Assembly (NCBI GenBank): GCA_964016885.1
Contig: OZ024740.1
Coordinates: 344,534,001 to 344,598,000, forward strand
Origin: Eledone cirrhosa
Lineage: Eukaryota
DNA length: 64,000 bases
Direction of reading: 5' to 3'
Below are positions 1-12,785 of the stretch, piece after piece. Position 1 is the first letter of the stretch. Every line of letters starts with the position of its first letter. A program made the position numbers and the translations under genes. The notes beneath the pieces were generated by a model. It was not told the DNA's origin and did not search any database. It saw only the letters and a list, made by a program, of their open reading frames with translations.

Positions 1-27
1 ATTTAGAAATCATTATTATTTCAAATC

Positions 28-210
28 GGTGGATTGGCAGTATCGGTAGAGGGTCGGACGCCATGCTTTGACGTATAGAGTTACGGCGCTTGCCATTCTG
101 AATTCAAATCCCACCGAGGTTAACTTTGCCTTTCATCCTTACGGGGTCGATAAAATAAAGTACCAGTAATGCACTGGGTAATTGCTAGCCTTGTGCCAAA
201 CGTAGAAACA
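28..210 (+). mobile_element. tRNA-derived SINE (family A), full-length copy
   Basis: A-box-like TGGCAGTATCGG and B-box-like (G/A)TTCAAATCC; body CCTTTCATCCTTACGGGGTCGATAAAATAAAGTACCAG recurs many times in the window; 16-bp TSD ATT(A/G)TTATTTCAAATC at 12-27 and 211-226. Confidence 0.85.
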
Positions 211-359
211 ATTGTTATTTCAAATCACATCTCTATTTTAGAACGAAAAAGACACGTTAGACTGTCGTTGTCATAAATATGTTCAAAAGATGGGATAGTC
301 ACACCAGGAAAGCATTAAATCATATGGCTGTTCGGTCAGAGTTGACATGGAACTAAAGA

Positions 360-701
360 ACCAGAACAACGACAGCACCAACATCATTAATACCAACACT
401 ACTACCACTAACTGAAGCATCACTACTACCATCCCTACAGTACCATCAGATATCATACGAGAAGGCCTCAATGTGAACACTTGATCTGCTAGACTATCAT
501 ACAAATCTTGCTCTAATCACACCCTACCATCTTAAAAATAACACGGTGGGTAACATGGAAAGCCTTAGAACAGAGGTCTGTTCAATCAGGATTTACTTGG
601 GCAAAATAATAACACCATTACCAACATTATCAACACCTCTAGCATTAACACCATCACAAACACAATAGCCACAATGAAAACATTACTATCACCACCACTA
701 T

Positions 702-751
<50 letters not shown>

Positions 752-1826
752 CTATAACTACCAACATCATACCCATTATGAAAATCATCACTATCACAAA
801 CAACATCAGTAACATTAGCATTTCTTACACGCCAACAGCGCCATGACCTACACCACAAACACTATTATAAACACTACTGTCACTACTAGTGTCAACATCC
901 CCACTATTATCAATAACGCTCACCACCATTTCCAACAGTACCAAAACCACCGTCCCCACCACCACGATTAATATTACCACCAATAACAAATTAACACTAG
1001 CACCATTATCATCACTGTCCTTAACCACCATTGCCTTTAACGTCATGATTATAATTATAATCATGATAATGATCATTACGTTCATTATAGTTATAATCAT
1101 CATTACTAGAGTCAGGAAGAACAGCAGGGAAATAAATAAGCATGAAAAATAAAATTAAAATAAACATTAAATCACGCCAACAACATTTACAATAACAATA
1201 ATAACATCAACAACACCAACAATAATAGGAGAGAAGAATGAGTGAAAGGTGCATGCAGGACGCGGGAGGTTTAGAGTTAGAGCTGGCTAGATAGATGCAG
1301 GATGTAAGATATAGGATGTTGTAGCTCCTTGACACCAGATGGCATAGGCAATGAATGATCTTTCATTGAACTTGTCTACAGAAAGAACTCCAGGCTTCCC
1401 CGTCCGTCATCATCTCGAGTTGACATATTCCTTTTCCTTCTCGTATTTTTACCAACACCACTAACAACAACAACAACAATAATAGCGACACAACTAGCAA
1501 CGCCACCACAACCAACTACTCCTCAACTTCCACCACCTCCATAAACACCACCACCACTACCACCACCACTACCACCACCACCAATAACAACAACAGCAAC
1601 AACAATAATAGCTGCACAACTAGCAACGCCACCACCACCACCAGCACCACCTTCACAACAACAACCAACATCATCATCATTGTCACCATCCCCATCAACT
1701 TCACCACCAGCTGCTGTATGGAAAATATCACAAAATACAACACTATCCTGAAAGGTAAAGCTTGGAAAACAAAACATGAAGATACGACTTATAACAACTG
1801 CAACTCTACTACTACTTCTGCTGCAG

Positions 1827-1873
<47 letters not shown>

Positions 1874-1913
1874 GCTACTGCTTCTCCTCCTGCTTCTCCT
1901 CCTGCTGCTGCTG

Positions 1914-1981
<68 letters not shown>

Positions 1982-2078
1982 GCTGCTGCTGCTCCTGCTG
2001 CTGCTGCTACTACTACTACTACTACTACTACTATTACTACTACTGCTGCTGCTCCTCCTGCTGCTGCTGCTGCTGCTG

Positions 2079-2118
<40 letters not shown>

Positions 2119-2185
2119 CACCACCACCACCACCACCACCACCACCACCACCACCACTACTACTACTACTACCGATAATAATAAT
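360..2185. repeat. Degenerate and pure trinucleotide microsatellite field (CAA/CAC/CAT/ACT/GCT)n
   Basis: Directly visible runs, e.g. (ACT)n/(GCT)n/(ACC)n at 1805-2172; source of the poly-T/L/V ORFs. Confidence 0.9.
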
Positions 2186-2389
2186 GGTTTATCATTTAGA
2201 CAAAAGGCCAACTATTTGGGGAGGGGAAAGTCGATTAAATCTACCTCAGTGCATTATTAGTACTTTATTTTATCGACCCCGTCAGGATTAAGACATAGCT
2301 AAACTCGGCAGGATTTGAATACAGAATGTAAATAGCCATAATACTATGCTACAATTCATATTGTCCGAAGTTCTACTGATACGGCCAAT
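2185..2389 (-). mobile_element. SINE family A, diverged copy
   Basis: Reverse-complement core TACTTTATTTTATCGACCCCGTCAGGAT and GGATTTGAA B-box. Confidence 0.75.
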
Positions 2390-2619
2390 ACAATAATGTT
2401 TTTATTTTATTAACCACAAGGTTATTACATAAACGGAACAATAATAACGGTACAGGATGGTACAGTGTGACTTTTGTGTAAAAGAAATGTGTATGACAGA
2501 GACTAAAAACATAAATATTCAGAAAATCAAACATAACAGATTACTCAAAATGGAGATACTTCCGAAGGTCACTCGTCGAGAAAACCTACAAATACCCACG
2601 GTAACCTTGACCGTTAGAG

Positions 2620-3210
2620 CAATTGCCCTTACTTATTTATAGGGACATACTCATATCAAGCCCATTCACTCAGTTAATGCATGCCTCTCTCACCTACCAT
2701 TCAATAAACTGGTTGCAAGGCAGCATTTCCTTCTCCACCCTGATTTTTCTCTTCGGGTGGAACGTAAAAAATATTATCAGGGCTTCGTCGAAGTGCTTGT
2801 CTTCAACCCTTTCTAACGCGTCCACCACATTGTTCCTTTCACCTTGGCCACTAGGCAGATATAAACTGCCTGTATTTTGCATCTAAATGAAGACGGCTAA
2901 TTGATCTTCACGATGAACTCAGTTAGTAGTCCGATCCGTCCGACACATGACTGTAGGTGTTCGACATAAACCCACAAGTCAGCAATACACCGACACTCAA
3001 TGAGTGCGTGCAGAACGGTTTCGTCATCTGTGCACATCTAATACAGGCCCCACTGACAGCACTTCAAGGCCATAACATGCCCAATTCTCCACGTAGTAGG
3101 TGTTGACACAAAATAGACCGCTTGAGGAGTGTAACTAGTCAGTTCCACAAAAAAAAGCAAACGTGTAAACGCTCCAGTTCAATCAGACGTGGGCGGGGGC
3201 ATGGCACGAT
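2620..3210 (-). mobile_element. L1/Tx1-like LINE, 3' ORF2 fragment (decayed)
   Basis: Translation FFTFHPKRKIRVEKE..FIEW; DNA similarity to the 3' part of the LINE at 39590-40915 (shared TCTGCCTAGTGGC and TGTGGTGGA segments). Confidence 0.6.
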
Positions 3211-3254
3211 GGTCAGGTGCTTGTAGCTGACGCAGGCGATGTACGCGTTCGTCT

Positions 3255-3275
3255 CCTACTACTACTAACTACTAC

Positions 3276-3322
<47 letters not shown>

Positions 3323-3417
3323 TTGCTGTTGATACTGAAGAAGAAGAAGAAGAAGAAGAAGAAGAAGAAGAAGAAGAAGAAGAAGAAGAAGAAGAAGAAG
3401 AAGAAGAAGAAGAAGAC
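3255..3417. repeat. (CTA)n and (GAA)n microsatellites
   Basis: Directly visible. Confidence 0.95.
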
Positions 3418-4212
3418 TCAAAGGAGGTGGCGGAGAAGGAATAGGAAAATAAGGATAAAAAGAAGCAGCAAAGGGAGAAGAAATAAAATGAAAAGAAGAA
3501 AACGAAAAGGAAGAATTGTAAGACAAGATATATGAAGATGTGGGGTGAAAGTGGAAGGGCTTGTGGAAACAATAATATAAAACAATAATAAAGGCAACAA
3601 TGTATAATGGTGAGCGCTGTTTTCTTTTCGTTAACTACAATAACAATGATTGCATGAGTCACATGCGAACACATATATAGACACACACATAGACATTCAT
3701 ATGCCCAGACATACACATACATGTCTATTTACAGACAAACATATAGATACGCACATATACGTTTTGTTTGTGTGAAAAATCATACGCATATACATATATG
3801 TACATATATGTGCATGTTTTCACATACAAATGCGTGTGTGTGTAAGCCTTTCTGATATTTTTTTTTATGTTAGTGGCGTTAATATATGCATAAACATACA
3901 CACACAAACATGAAGTTATATGCATAAAAACAAGAAAAACAATTTTATTATTACTTTTGCTTCGTGTCTCGACACAACGTCAAAAATTACAGTATATTAG
4001 TTCTTTCTCACAGTTATTTAACCTATCGGGCACACAAGAAACGAACATGTTATGCCTGCAGCGTATCACAGACATGTAAATTTATCTGATGAAATCGCAT
4101 CCATTCCAGCAACAAATGCAACTACTGCACCTTGAATACATACGTGTCGCCATAGAAATAATTATAATGAATAAACACTTAAATTCCCTTCTTATATATA
4201 TATATAAGGAAA

Positions 4213-4266
4213 AGTATGACCCCGACGGCAGAGCTGAAGCTGTTTCGACGGCTATTTCTGGACGCA
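4213..4266 (-). ncRNA. Hammerhead-like motif, non-canonical core family 1
   Basis: Minus strand GTC-CAGAAATA-GCCGTC-GAA-ACAGC-ttcagctct-GCCGT-C-GGGGTC; homologous to 5378-5430 and 25300-25352; flanked by (TA)n. Confidence 0.45.
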
Positions 4267-4284
4267 CATCTATATGTATATATA

Positions 4285-4350
<66 letters not shown>

Positions 4351-4376
4351 TATGTATATATATATATATATATATA

Positions 4377-4958
4377 TATAAGTATGTATAGGTACATACA
4401 TATATGTATACAGACGTACAGTAGTATGTATATATATATACATACATGCACACACATATATATATATGTACGTATGGATTTACCGAACATTTATTATAAT
4501 GCTCGGGATGTTTGTTTACAAACATCCCGAATGAAGCCAGACAGTGTTTAGCAACCATCGTTGTCCTTTTGTTGAACACTGGCAAAGAAACGCTGTACTA
4601 GTTTCAAGCTTGTTAGCTATCGTCAGCACCGTATACCTTCCTGCCAGATGATTGAACGTCTGAAAGTATATAATTTCCTTATGCATATTAACGGCTGAGC
4701 AGCCTACTTTGCATCTCGAGTGAGTTAATCGGCCGGGCGCACCGAAAACGATAAATGGAAAAAATGAAACGAAATTTCATTTTTCACTCTTAGTACGGCT
4801 GTTACTTAAATATAAGTATTTATACGTACATACATATATGTATACAGACGTACAGTAGTATGTATATATATACATACATGCACATATATATATATATATA
4901 TATGTACGTATGGATTTACCGAACGTTTATTATAATGCTCGGTTTGTTTGTAAACAAA
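4377..4958 (+). repeat. About 150-bp direct repeat pair (4377-4525 and 4811-4958)
   Basis: TACATACATATATGTATACAGACGTACAGTAGTATG...GGATTTACCGAAC.TTTATTATAATGCTCGG occurs twice. Confidence 0.85.
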
Positions 4959-5078
4959 CTACTGGCATCTTGCTCTGTAGTCTATTGGGGATGAAGCGGG
5001 TGCAATCTGATGGTATTTATATGAAGCCAGTCAGCTATATTCCACCATGTAATACCACATCGTGTATTCGTAATTGAA

Positions 5079-5116
<38 letters not shown>

Positions 5117-5141
5117 CTATATATATGTATATTCCTTTCAT

Positions 5142-5261
5142 TCTCACAAGCTCCGATGAATTGATGGTTATAACTTTTTATTGGTGATCGAATAACGTGA
5201 AAACAAGCGGGTAGCGATCTCTAGACCTACTAGTTCAGAGAAACAATTGTCAGCAATGAGA
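5142..5261 (+). ncRNA. Type I hammerhead ribozyme with long loop 2, U4C core change
   Basis: TCTCA-caa-GCT | CCGATGA | about 80 nt | GAA-ACAATTGT-C | AGC-aa-TGAGA: helix I with internal loop, palindromic helix III, GUC triplet; sits between (TA)n tracts. Confidence 0.6.
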
Positions 5262-5307
5262 TTAAAAACCTTTTTTGTATAGCAAACCGTGTCACTCTTC
5301 TTTCCTG

Positions 5308-5353
<46 letters not shown>

Positions 5354-5377
5354 ATTCATATATATTCATATACATAT

Positions 5378-5430
5378 GCGTCCAGAAATAGCCGGCGAAA
5401 CGCCTTGAGCTCTGCCGTCGGGGTCATACT
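5378..5430 (+). ncRNA. Hammerhead-like motif, non-canonical core family 1
   Basis: GTC-CAGAAATA-GCCGGC-GAA-ACGCC-ttGAGCTCt-GCCGT-C-GGGGTC. Confidence 0.45.
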
Positions 5431-5538
5431 ATTTCCTATTACCCACTCTACTACCCTAAGTATTGAGTACTGTGGTGCGTTATGGTCCATCTGGTTCCTT
5501 ACCAAAACTCCTTCGTTATGTATATATATATATATATA

Positions 5539-5675
5539 GTAATAATAATAAATTTGAAGACTAAAATCCAAAGATGGCTCAATAAGGATAAATATATATC
5601 AAATATATAAAAACCGTAGAGCAAATATTTATTAAAATAACAGATTAAACTTTAATCTGTTATTTTAATAAATAT
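5539..5675 (+). repeat. TA-embedded dispersed repeat (GTAATAATAATAAATTTGAAGACTAAAATCC...) ending in a 25-bp foldback
   Basis: Other copies at 15620-15693, 20718-20875, 29231-29338 and 51231-51260; perfect hairpin 5625-5649/5651-5675. Confidence 0.85.
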
Positions 5676-6652
5676 ATATATATATATATATATATGAGAA
5701 CAGGGAGAAAGAGACGATTATTATGAAGAAAAATAGATTTTTTTTCCTTTTTTGTTTCTCTCTCTCTTTTTTCTGGGTTAGAAAATGATTAAAACGAAAT
5801 GTTTTACTTTGTGTGAAGTGTTAAGGCATTAGTTGATTTATTTATTATTTAACAATGGCATTTATTTATCTATTTATATATTTAATAATTGTCTGTTACT
5901 GGTTTCAGCATTTTTATGCATTATCAAACGATAGTGAAATGTATTAGTGTGGTGTCACACATGTTAAAGAGGAGGTGCAGAAAGAATAACGTTATTTACA
6001 AACAAGGTTTATGAAGTGAAAAGAAAAAAGAAAAAGGAAAAAAACGGTCATAATCTAGAGCATAAAAAATCAATGTGGAAGAAAAAATGATGTTATTTAC
6101 AGGCATATCAAAATGTGTTAATATAGCAAGAGTGCTTAGTTGATCCTTGATTCTATGATGGAGGCAATATATATTAGAATGGATTACTTTTGTTACTAAG
6201 TGACCATGTAAACATATATATGCCATAGAAAATTGCTATTTCATTTATTTTATATGTAATTGGAATATATATGACATCTATCTCACAGCCTGGATGGACC
6301 TGGACACTATACATTCCATCAAGCATGGTATTAAATAAATACAATAAAATAAATAATTTAAGACATGCGTTTCGTCTTTCAATTACTGAAGTTAGAACTG
6401 CCCATTTCCGCTACTGGCATCTTGCTCAACTTATTTGGGATATGTGGTTATAAAGCGGGTGCAATTTGATGGTATTTATTTTAAGCCAGTCGGCAATACG
6501 CATCGTGTATTCATAATTGAAGAAGTATTATATGTATCAGTGTGTGTATTTGATTCAGGTGTTATGTTAAACTAATTTTTTCTGCTCAATGTTACTGAGC
6601 TTCAACGTCGAATCCGCAAATGGTCTATAAGTAGAAAATGTATTATTATCAT

Positions 6653-6711
<59 letters not shown>

Positions 6712-7356
6712 TAAACGACCAGCTATTAAAAGTATTATTTACCAAGTGCTGCTTTAAATTAGTATCTTTATATATATAAAAGCGAGGATGTGTGTGTCTG
6801 TGTACAACTTTGCATACTTAAGGCTTTTACAATTACCAACTTGCACAGGTCGGTAAGATTGTCACATCACAACATTTTTCAAATCGACCCACGTTGAGCA
6901 ATAACAAATCGATATCAAAATTATCGGTAGAAAAATTGATGTAAGGGAGATAACAAACTTTATTGACAATCCTTATAAACATCAGAAATATAAACATCAC
7001 ATTCATTTGTAGATAAATCACTAATATTATCGTTTGTTTCTTGTTTATTCTTTGTTGCACTTTCAAAGTTAAAAAAACACTTGTTGTTTTAACTTGTTTC
7101 ACTATATTAAGTGTTAATTTTCGCGTTAAGAGCCTAATCTCGCAGCAGTCTCGAATTGACGAAATTTTGATGATGGTTTGTTTATTTTAGAACAATCGTT
7201 ATGGGACTTTCCATTCAAACCATTGGGACCTACAACTTTTACATTTTTAAAACTTTCATAAGCCATGTTGATACAAAAAAACAAATTTTTTGCACTTTCA
7301 AAGTTAACTGTAACTCTTCAATTCATACATTTTGACTTTACAACTTTTCACCAAAT

Positions 7357-8235
7357 ATGCCCCGTAAAAGAAAGTATGCACATATTGGCTATCGTTCGAA
7401 GAAAACAATGCGTGTAAATGACGCTCCGCCCATAACCGAAAATAGACAATCACTAAATGCGGTGAGTACAGTTATTACAACATCTTTGTACGCCGCTGAG
7501 CGTCGGTTAGTGCGGCGAACCAATAATGCTAAAGCAATTGCTGCAGCACGAGCTGCAGAGACTACAGAGCAACGTGAAACACGCCTTGCTATGGATGCTA
7601 CAGATACTGTTGCAGCAAGATCTGCAGAGACAGTACAAAAATATGAAAGACGCCGTACGCGTAATGCTTCAGCTAATGTTGCAGCAAGAGCAATTGAGAC
7701 TGAGCAAGAACGTCAAAGTCGGCATTTGAGAAATGCTTCAGCTACTGCTACGGCACGAGCTGTAGAGACTGTAACAAGTCGAGCTATTCGGCTGGAGGGT
7801 AACGCTCAACGTAGAGCTTTATCGCGGGGTATTTCAAAGGCATCACGCTCACGATGGTACCTTAAGGCAGTTAATTATGACCCTAATGTAAACTATCAAA
7901 TCCATCCTGATATTCAAATATATGCCATGTCAAATACTTGCCAACATTTTAAGGCTAAACAGTGTGGGGGGGGGGAGAATCAGCTGTAATGTGCTGCTCC
8001 AACGGTAAGGTTAATTTGCCCACCCCTAGGGCCCCACCGCAACCTCTCCAGATGCTTCTAACAGGTAAGCATTCACAATCACGTGATTTTCTGAAGCATA
8101 TCCGACAGTACAACATTGCGTTTCAAATGACCTCTTTCGGTGCAAAACGTCTGCTCACGAGTTGGCAGTCGAGATAATCTTTTTGCGTTTGTTCCGAAAA
8201 GAAAAACAAAGAATATCGTCTATCCGTCTAGTGTT
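7357..8235 (+). pseudogene. Helitron RepHel remnant: N-terminus fused to extreme C-terminus of the Pif1-like helicase
   Basis: MPRKRK start, repeated AAETTEQRETRL-type units, YDP..Y, C.H..A...MCCSNGKV.LP, FLKHIRQYNIAFQMTSFGA; frameshift in the G run near 7970; then CSRVG...TKNIVY (helicase end) from about 8150. Confidence 0.8.
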
Positions 8236-8544
8236 AACAAAAAAAATTATTACAGCTCTGCCTTGACTTCACCTTACTCATTACAAAACATACCAATGAA
8301 TATGTCATGCAGGATATTTTGGATTATAAGTTAAAAATGTTACCATACACAGCAAAGGATGGTCTCAAAGAATAGATTTTCTCTTAGTCTACTCTCATTT
8401 TTTTTTTGTTTGTATACAACTCTGCTTTCATAACAACTTTTTGTACTTTAGCAAAACTGCCTGTTTTTTTTACATATTTGCAGCGTGTATTGTCTTTAAT
8501 CATTTGTATAACTACATTCTGTTCAGTATTTTCCTTCATTATTA

Positions 8545-8613
8545 CGGGGTCGATAAAATAAAGTACCAGTAATACACTGGGTAATTGCTGGCCTTGTGCC
8601 TAAAGTAGAAACA
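8545..8613 (+). mobile_element. 5'-truncated SINE A inserted in the Helitron
   Basis: SINE 3' half; ATTATTA duplicated at 8538-8544 and 8614-8620. Confidence 0.75.
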
Positions 8614-10619
8614 ATTATTAGCATAGTGTTATGTGTACAAAGATTGCACTAAATATTCGTTTGCATTAATTATTGAAGACTTCTGCTTATTTTGACAGGT
8701 TGGGACAAATAATGTTCTTCTTTTACTTCCTAGCTGTATATTCTTAGCATAATTTCAAACCCCGAACAACACCGGGTTAAATCTGCTAGTATAAACTAAT
8801 GACAACGATTATAAAACAAACAAATAATACACACGCAGAAATATCAGGCAATTCAAATCTGTGTAAAGAAATAACTTCGTGCCACAGGACAGAACATTAC
8901 TTACACACTCATAACCATTTCTTTCAGATATACGTACATCTTCGATTCTACTAATCCAAATCATATGAAATTTTGCGTAAAAAAAATGATTACTTCATGT
9001 TTCAATTCATGGAACAAATAAGATAGAAAAGAGCCCGAAGCAATAAACTGTTTGGAAACATTGCTCTGTGTAATGAAATGAAAAGTACATTTAAACTTAC
9101 CTACATTTTGTCAACTACAGAATTGTTCTAAAACAATCAGCTGTCAATCACATTTTCATATACTGTTTATCCCATCTTTCTGTTCACGTTAAGCCAATGA
9201 CATGAGTAAATAAAGTTCAAATATTTTCAGATACACTAGTTATAATTACGAATGATTCCTGCATCCTTATCTTGGCGCAAAGGATTCATTAACAATACGT
9301 ATTTTAAACATTTATATTTATCTTGATATCTTATTTATTAAATACATGGCCGATAATAATAAACCTAAGTAATTTTCATAATTATCTCAAGTACCTTGAT
9401 AATGTATTCCGGACTAGGACAGAAGACATTTCAAGGACATACTGATACAAAATACGGATAATTAGATGACGAGTTTGCTTAACATTTTTACAGGAAGGAA
9501 AAGTGAATTTGCGTTTTACATGTTTTTTCTAATATCTTTGTCTTTGGTCACTGACGAAAGAGGAATTAATTTCATGCAGATAACACCATTATAGTTTTAC
9601 GTCGGCATATCCAGGCTGTCAATATTCTATGGCAAAACAACATTCCTGACAATTATAAATGTAGTTATATAGAATATGTTTGATAAGATGCTATAACGTA
9701 TTAATGCATTTACTGTGAGATTCATTAAAGTAAATACAAATATATACTTTCGAAAAACCAAACTACATCTCCCAGGTTTTAATGTTATGAATACCTGTAA
9801 TTATTAAATCATTATTATATCAATTGACCATTCTGTTTCTTGACAATTATTTTTGTTTATCTATCTATGCTAATGCCACATGAAATGAAGATTTGGTTTT
9901 TTTTATGTGGTATTTCGTTTTAACTTATTTGCTTCCTGTTCCTTCTTGTCTTAATCTGTTTCTCCATCTTGTCTTCTTGTGGTATGTTTTTCGTTTTTCG
10001 TGTCTGCGAAAGCGTTTGCGCCTTCGACTGGATGCAGAAGTTATTGTGTCTGCCATGTCTATGTGTATTTTATGTGTTGAGGGTTGAATTTTAAATTGTT
10101 TGTGTATTTTGTTTGTCTTTTTTAAACACATATATAAATGTATATATATATATATATAAGGAAAAGAAATCGAAAATGCAACTGGAGTCTTTTTTAAAAT
10201 ATTTATTTTTTCCTTTACCGGTTTCACAGTTCTTATGCTTTTCAAAAGTACAATTGAGATGGCGGGTTTGTGGTTTTTCTCGCATCTGGTTGGTGTTCGA
10301 ATGTTACTTCTGTTTTATGTGTAAAAAAAGTCGCTTGAATTGCTAGGTTTTTAAAAAATGTGGTTGTTTGATGACTGTCACGTGAATAAGTATAATAAAT
10401 TTCGCACCAGTCATGTTTCAAAGTTCTTATTGTATAAGTGTAATTTGGTTGGTTGATGACTGCCACGTGAATTATTACATAAGCTTTCGCACCCGTTCGC
10501 GTATGAGGTTTCTTTATTGGCATTTTCACTTAAAATTGTGGCTCAAATTGTTTGTTTTTTCATAAATGTAAATAATCTTCGCATTAATGGATATATAATA
10601 TGTAGGAACGTATCTATTC

Positions 10620-10890
10620 GTTCAAATCAAGCAGAGGTTAGCTTTTCCTTTCATCCTTACTAAGTCGACAAAATACAGTAACACTCACTCACTGGTGTCG
10701 ATTTCATTGACTTTCCCTCTCCCCCCCAAAAAACAATTGCTGGCCTTGTGCCTAAAGATACCATTCTTATTATTATTAGTAGTAGTCTGGTTAACTCTGC
10801 TTTCATCCTTACGGGGTCGATAAAATAAAGTACCAGTAATACACTGGGATACTTGCTGGCCTTGTGCCAAAAGTAGAAACAATTATTAGT
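10620..10890 (+). mobile_element. Two partial SINE A-related copies
   Basis: CCTTTCATCCTTAC..GTCGA.AAAATA core twice; GCTGGCCTTGTGCC tail twice. Confidence 0.75.
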
Positions 10891-11728
10891 CAGGTTAATT
10901 GTTCGTATATAAATGAAGATCTGAAGTAGAAAACATAATATTCTTTTGGCAATATAAGGCATTCAAATTCCGATTTCTCGCGGCAAATTCAAACCAGGAA
11001 CCGGCTTCTTTGAACTTTGTAGTGTTTGTCTTCATAATATAGCCGGTTTGAATTCAGCCCTGCGTTACAGGATATCAATTTATACAAGATTACGGTATAA
11101 TTAGTGGTGTTCCTAATAGGGACGTAAAGTATTTAAATGAAGGGTTGTTCAAGAAACAATTTTACATCCACATGTCTTCCTCTTTCAATTTTTTTGAATT
11201 TAAATATTTAACACAATCATAACACTATTGGTTAAAAAGAAAAAAAATAGACACCGCTTAAAAACCCAATCAGAGGTACGAACATTACTTAAATTGCCAA
11301 TATGCTCAATTCGGTGCTCTATCGTTTCAACTAACCAACTTATCAAAGAACGATAAATATATTGACTGGATGCTGCCGTTGATGGTAATGAAGAACAAAC
11401 ATCAATTGTCAAATTTAGTGGTAGTAAATAATATATATTTGTGTCGTAAGGAATCCGAGTAAAATTTGCTCCTCAATAACAGTCCGAAAGTGCCTACTCT
11501 AGCCACTAGAAAGTCTGTGATAGGAGACATAATTTAATCTCAGATCACAAATAAGAGGAACAGTTATTACAAGGCATCAGCTAATTCAATGACTGAAACA
11601 TGGGAAAAAAAACGAATTTAAACACACCGGGAACTCAACTTAAAGATAAGAGTAGTAGAAAAGGCTGTTTACCATCTCTTTCAATTAACTATGTATAACA
11701 ATACTAATTATTATTACAAAACATAAGG

Positions 11729-11950
11729 GTGGTGGATTTGCATTATCGGTAGAACATCGGGGACACTGCTTCGCGACATAGAGTTATGGCCCTTAACGTT
11801 CTGAGTTCAAATGCCGCCGTTGTTAGCTTTGCTTTTCATCCTTACGGGGTCGGTAAATAAAGTGTCAGTCACCGACTGGATTCGATTTATTCGACTTTCC
11901 CCTCCTCCAAAATTGCTGGCATTGTGTCCGAATAAGAAACCGTTATTATA
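11729..11950 (+). mobile_element. SINE A-related copy
   Basis: GGTGGATTTGCATTATCGGTAG head, GAGTTCAAAT B-box, core TTTCATCCTTACGGGGTCGG. Confidence 0.8.
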
Positions 11951-12211
11951 AAGTTTAACATCGTTACAAATATTGCTCTCCATGTCGTATTAATTGATGA
12001 TAGTTCTCTAATTATGACAAGAGTGCGTGTATATGTACCTTTCTAGCTTTAGCTTTCCTTACAAAATTAGAAGATAATTCGTTCACTATATTATGTAAGT
12101 GTAATATGGCAGATGAAAACTTTTGCAGTAGACCATCAGATGGACAGTTTCTTTTATTGTATAGTACATTTAATTCGCAGTCCAGTTTAACCCCAACAGA
12201 TCGGCCTCTCC

Positions 12212-12785
12212 TCAAATTTAGCTCTATATTTTGCTTGTGGAAAGATAATCAGAATGTTGCTTCAAGTCTAAAGGGAAATGTAGAGAAATCGTTATGTCTC
12301 AGACATTTGGTCCAGATTTCCTGTTAAGACTAAATTCCCCTCTTTCTTCCCAGCATTGTAGGAGTCTTTGAAAGTATGATGGTCTCTGACGTTCCTCTCC
12401 TGACTAAGCAAATAAAAACAAATTCTATTACTATTGCAGCTGCTACAACATACACAACGTTTGTTTCGCTGCTACAATTAGTCATACTCCTATAGCGTTT
12501 AATAATTTTGTTGCGTCTAATGTTCGCACTCATCCATTTGTTATACTGCAGTCATTGTTGCGTTCATCTTCTTTACACCACTTCCTCCTCTTACTACTAC
12601 TACTACTACTAATGATAATAATAATGATAATAAATATAAAGGTTGCGACTACTACGGTGACACATTCCTATCGCATTCATCACGAAATGCCTCGAGCTGT
12701 TCGGTTTACAGCTTCAAATTTAGCTCTATATTTTGCTTGTGGAAAGATAATCAGAATGTTGCTTCAAGTCTAAACGGAAATGTAG
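12212..12785 (+). repeat. 72-bp direct repeat pair (12212-12283 and 12714-12785)
   Basis: TCAAATTTAGCTCTATATTTTGCTTGTGGAAAGATAATCAGAATGTTGCTTCAAGTCTAAA(G/C)GGAAATGTAG twice, one mismatch. Confidence 0.9.

Larger units (their letters stand above)
6765..8789 (+). mobile_element. Helitron, internally deleted non-autonomous copy with both termini
   Basis: 5' TC(TTTATATATATAAAAGCGAGG) after A; 3' hairpin CCCG-aacaacac-CGGG then CTAG before T (A|T target); carries RepHel fragments. Confidence 0.85.

Noticed and set aside
28-115. tRNA gene
   Set aside because: A/B boxes only, no cloverleaf; it is a SINE head.
283-3600. Poly-T/L/V/E/K ORFs (mucin-like or membrane-like)
   Set aside because: Translations of trinucleotide microsatellites, open in several frames on both strands.
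4083-4150. CTGATGA...GAATACATACGTGTC hammerhead candidate
   Set aside because: GAAA box interrupted and helix I does not pair.
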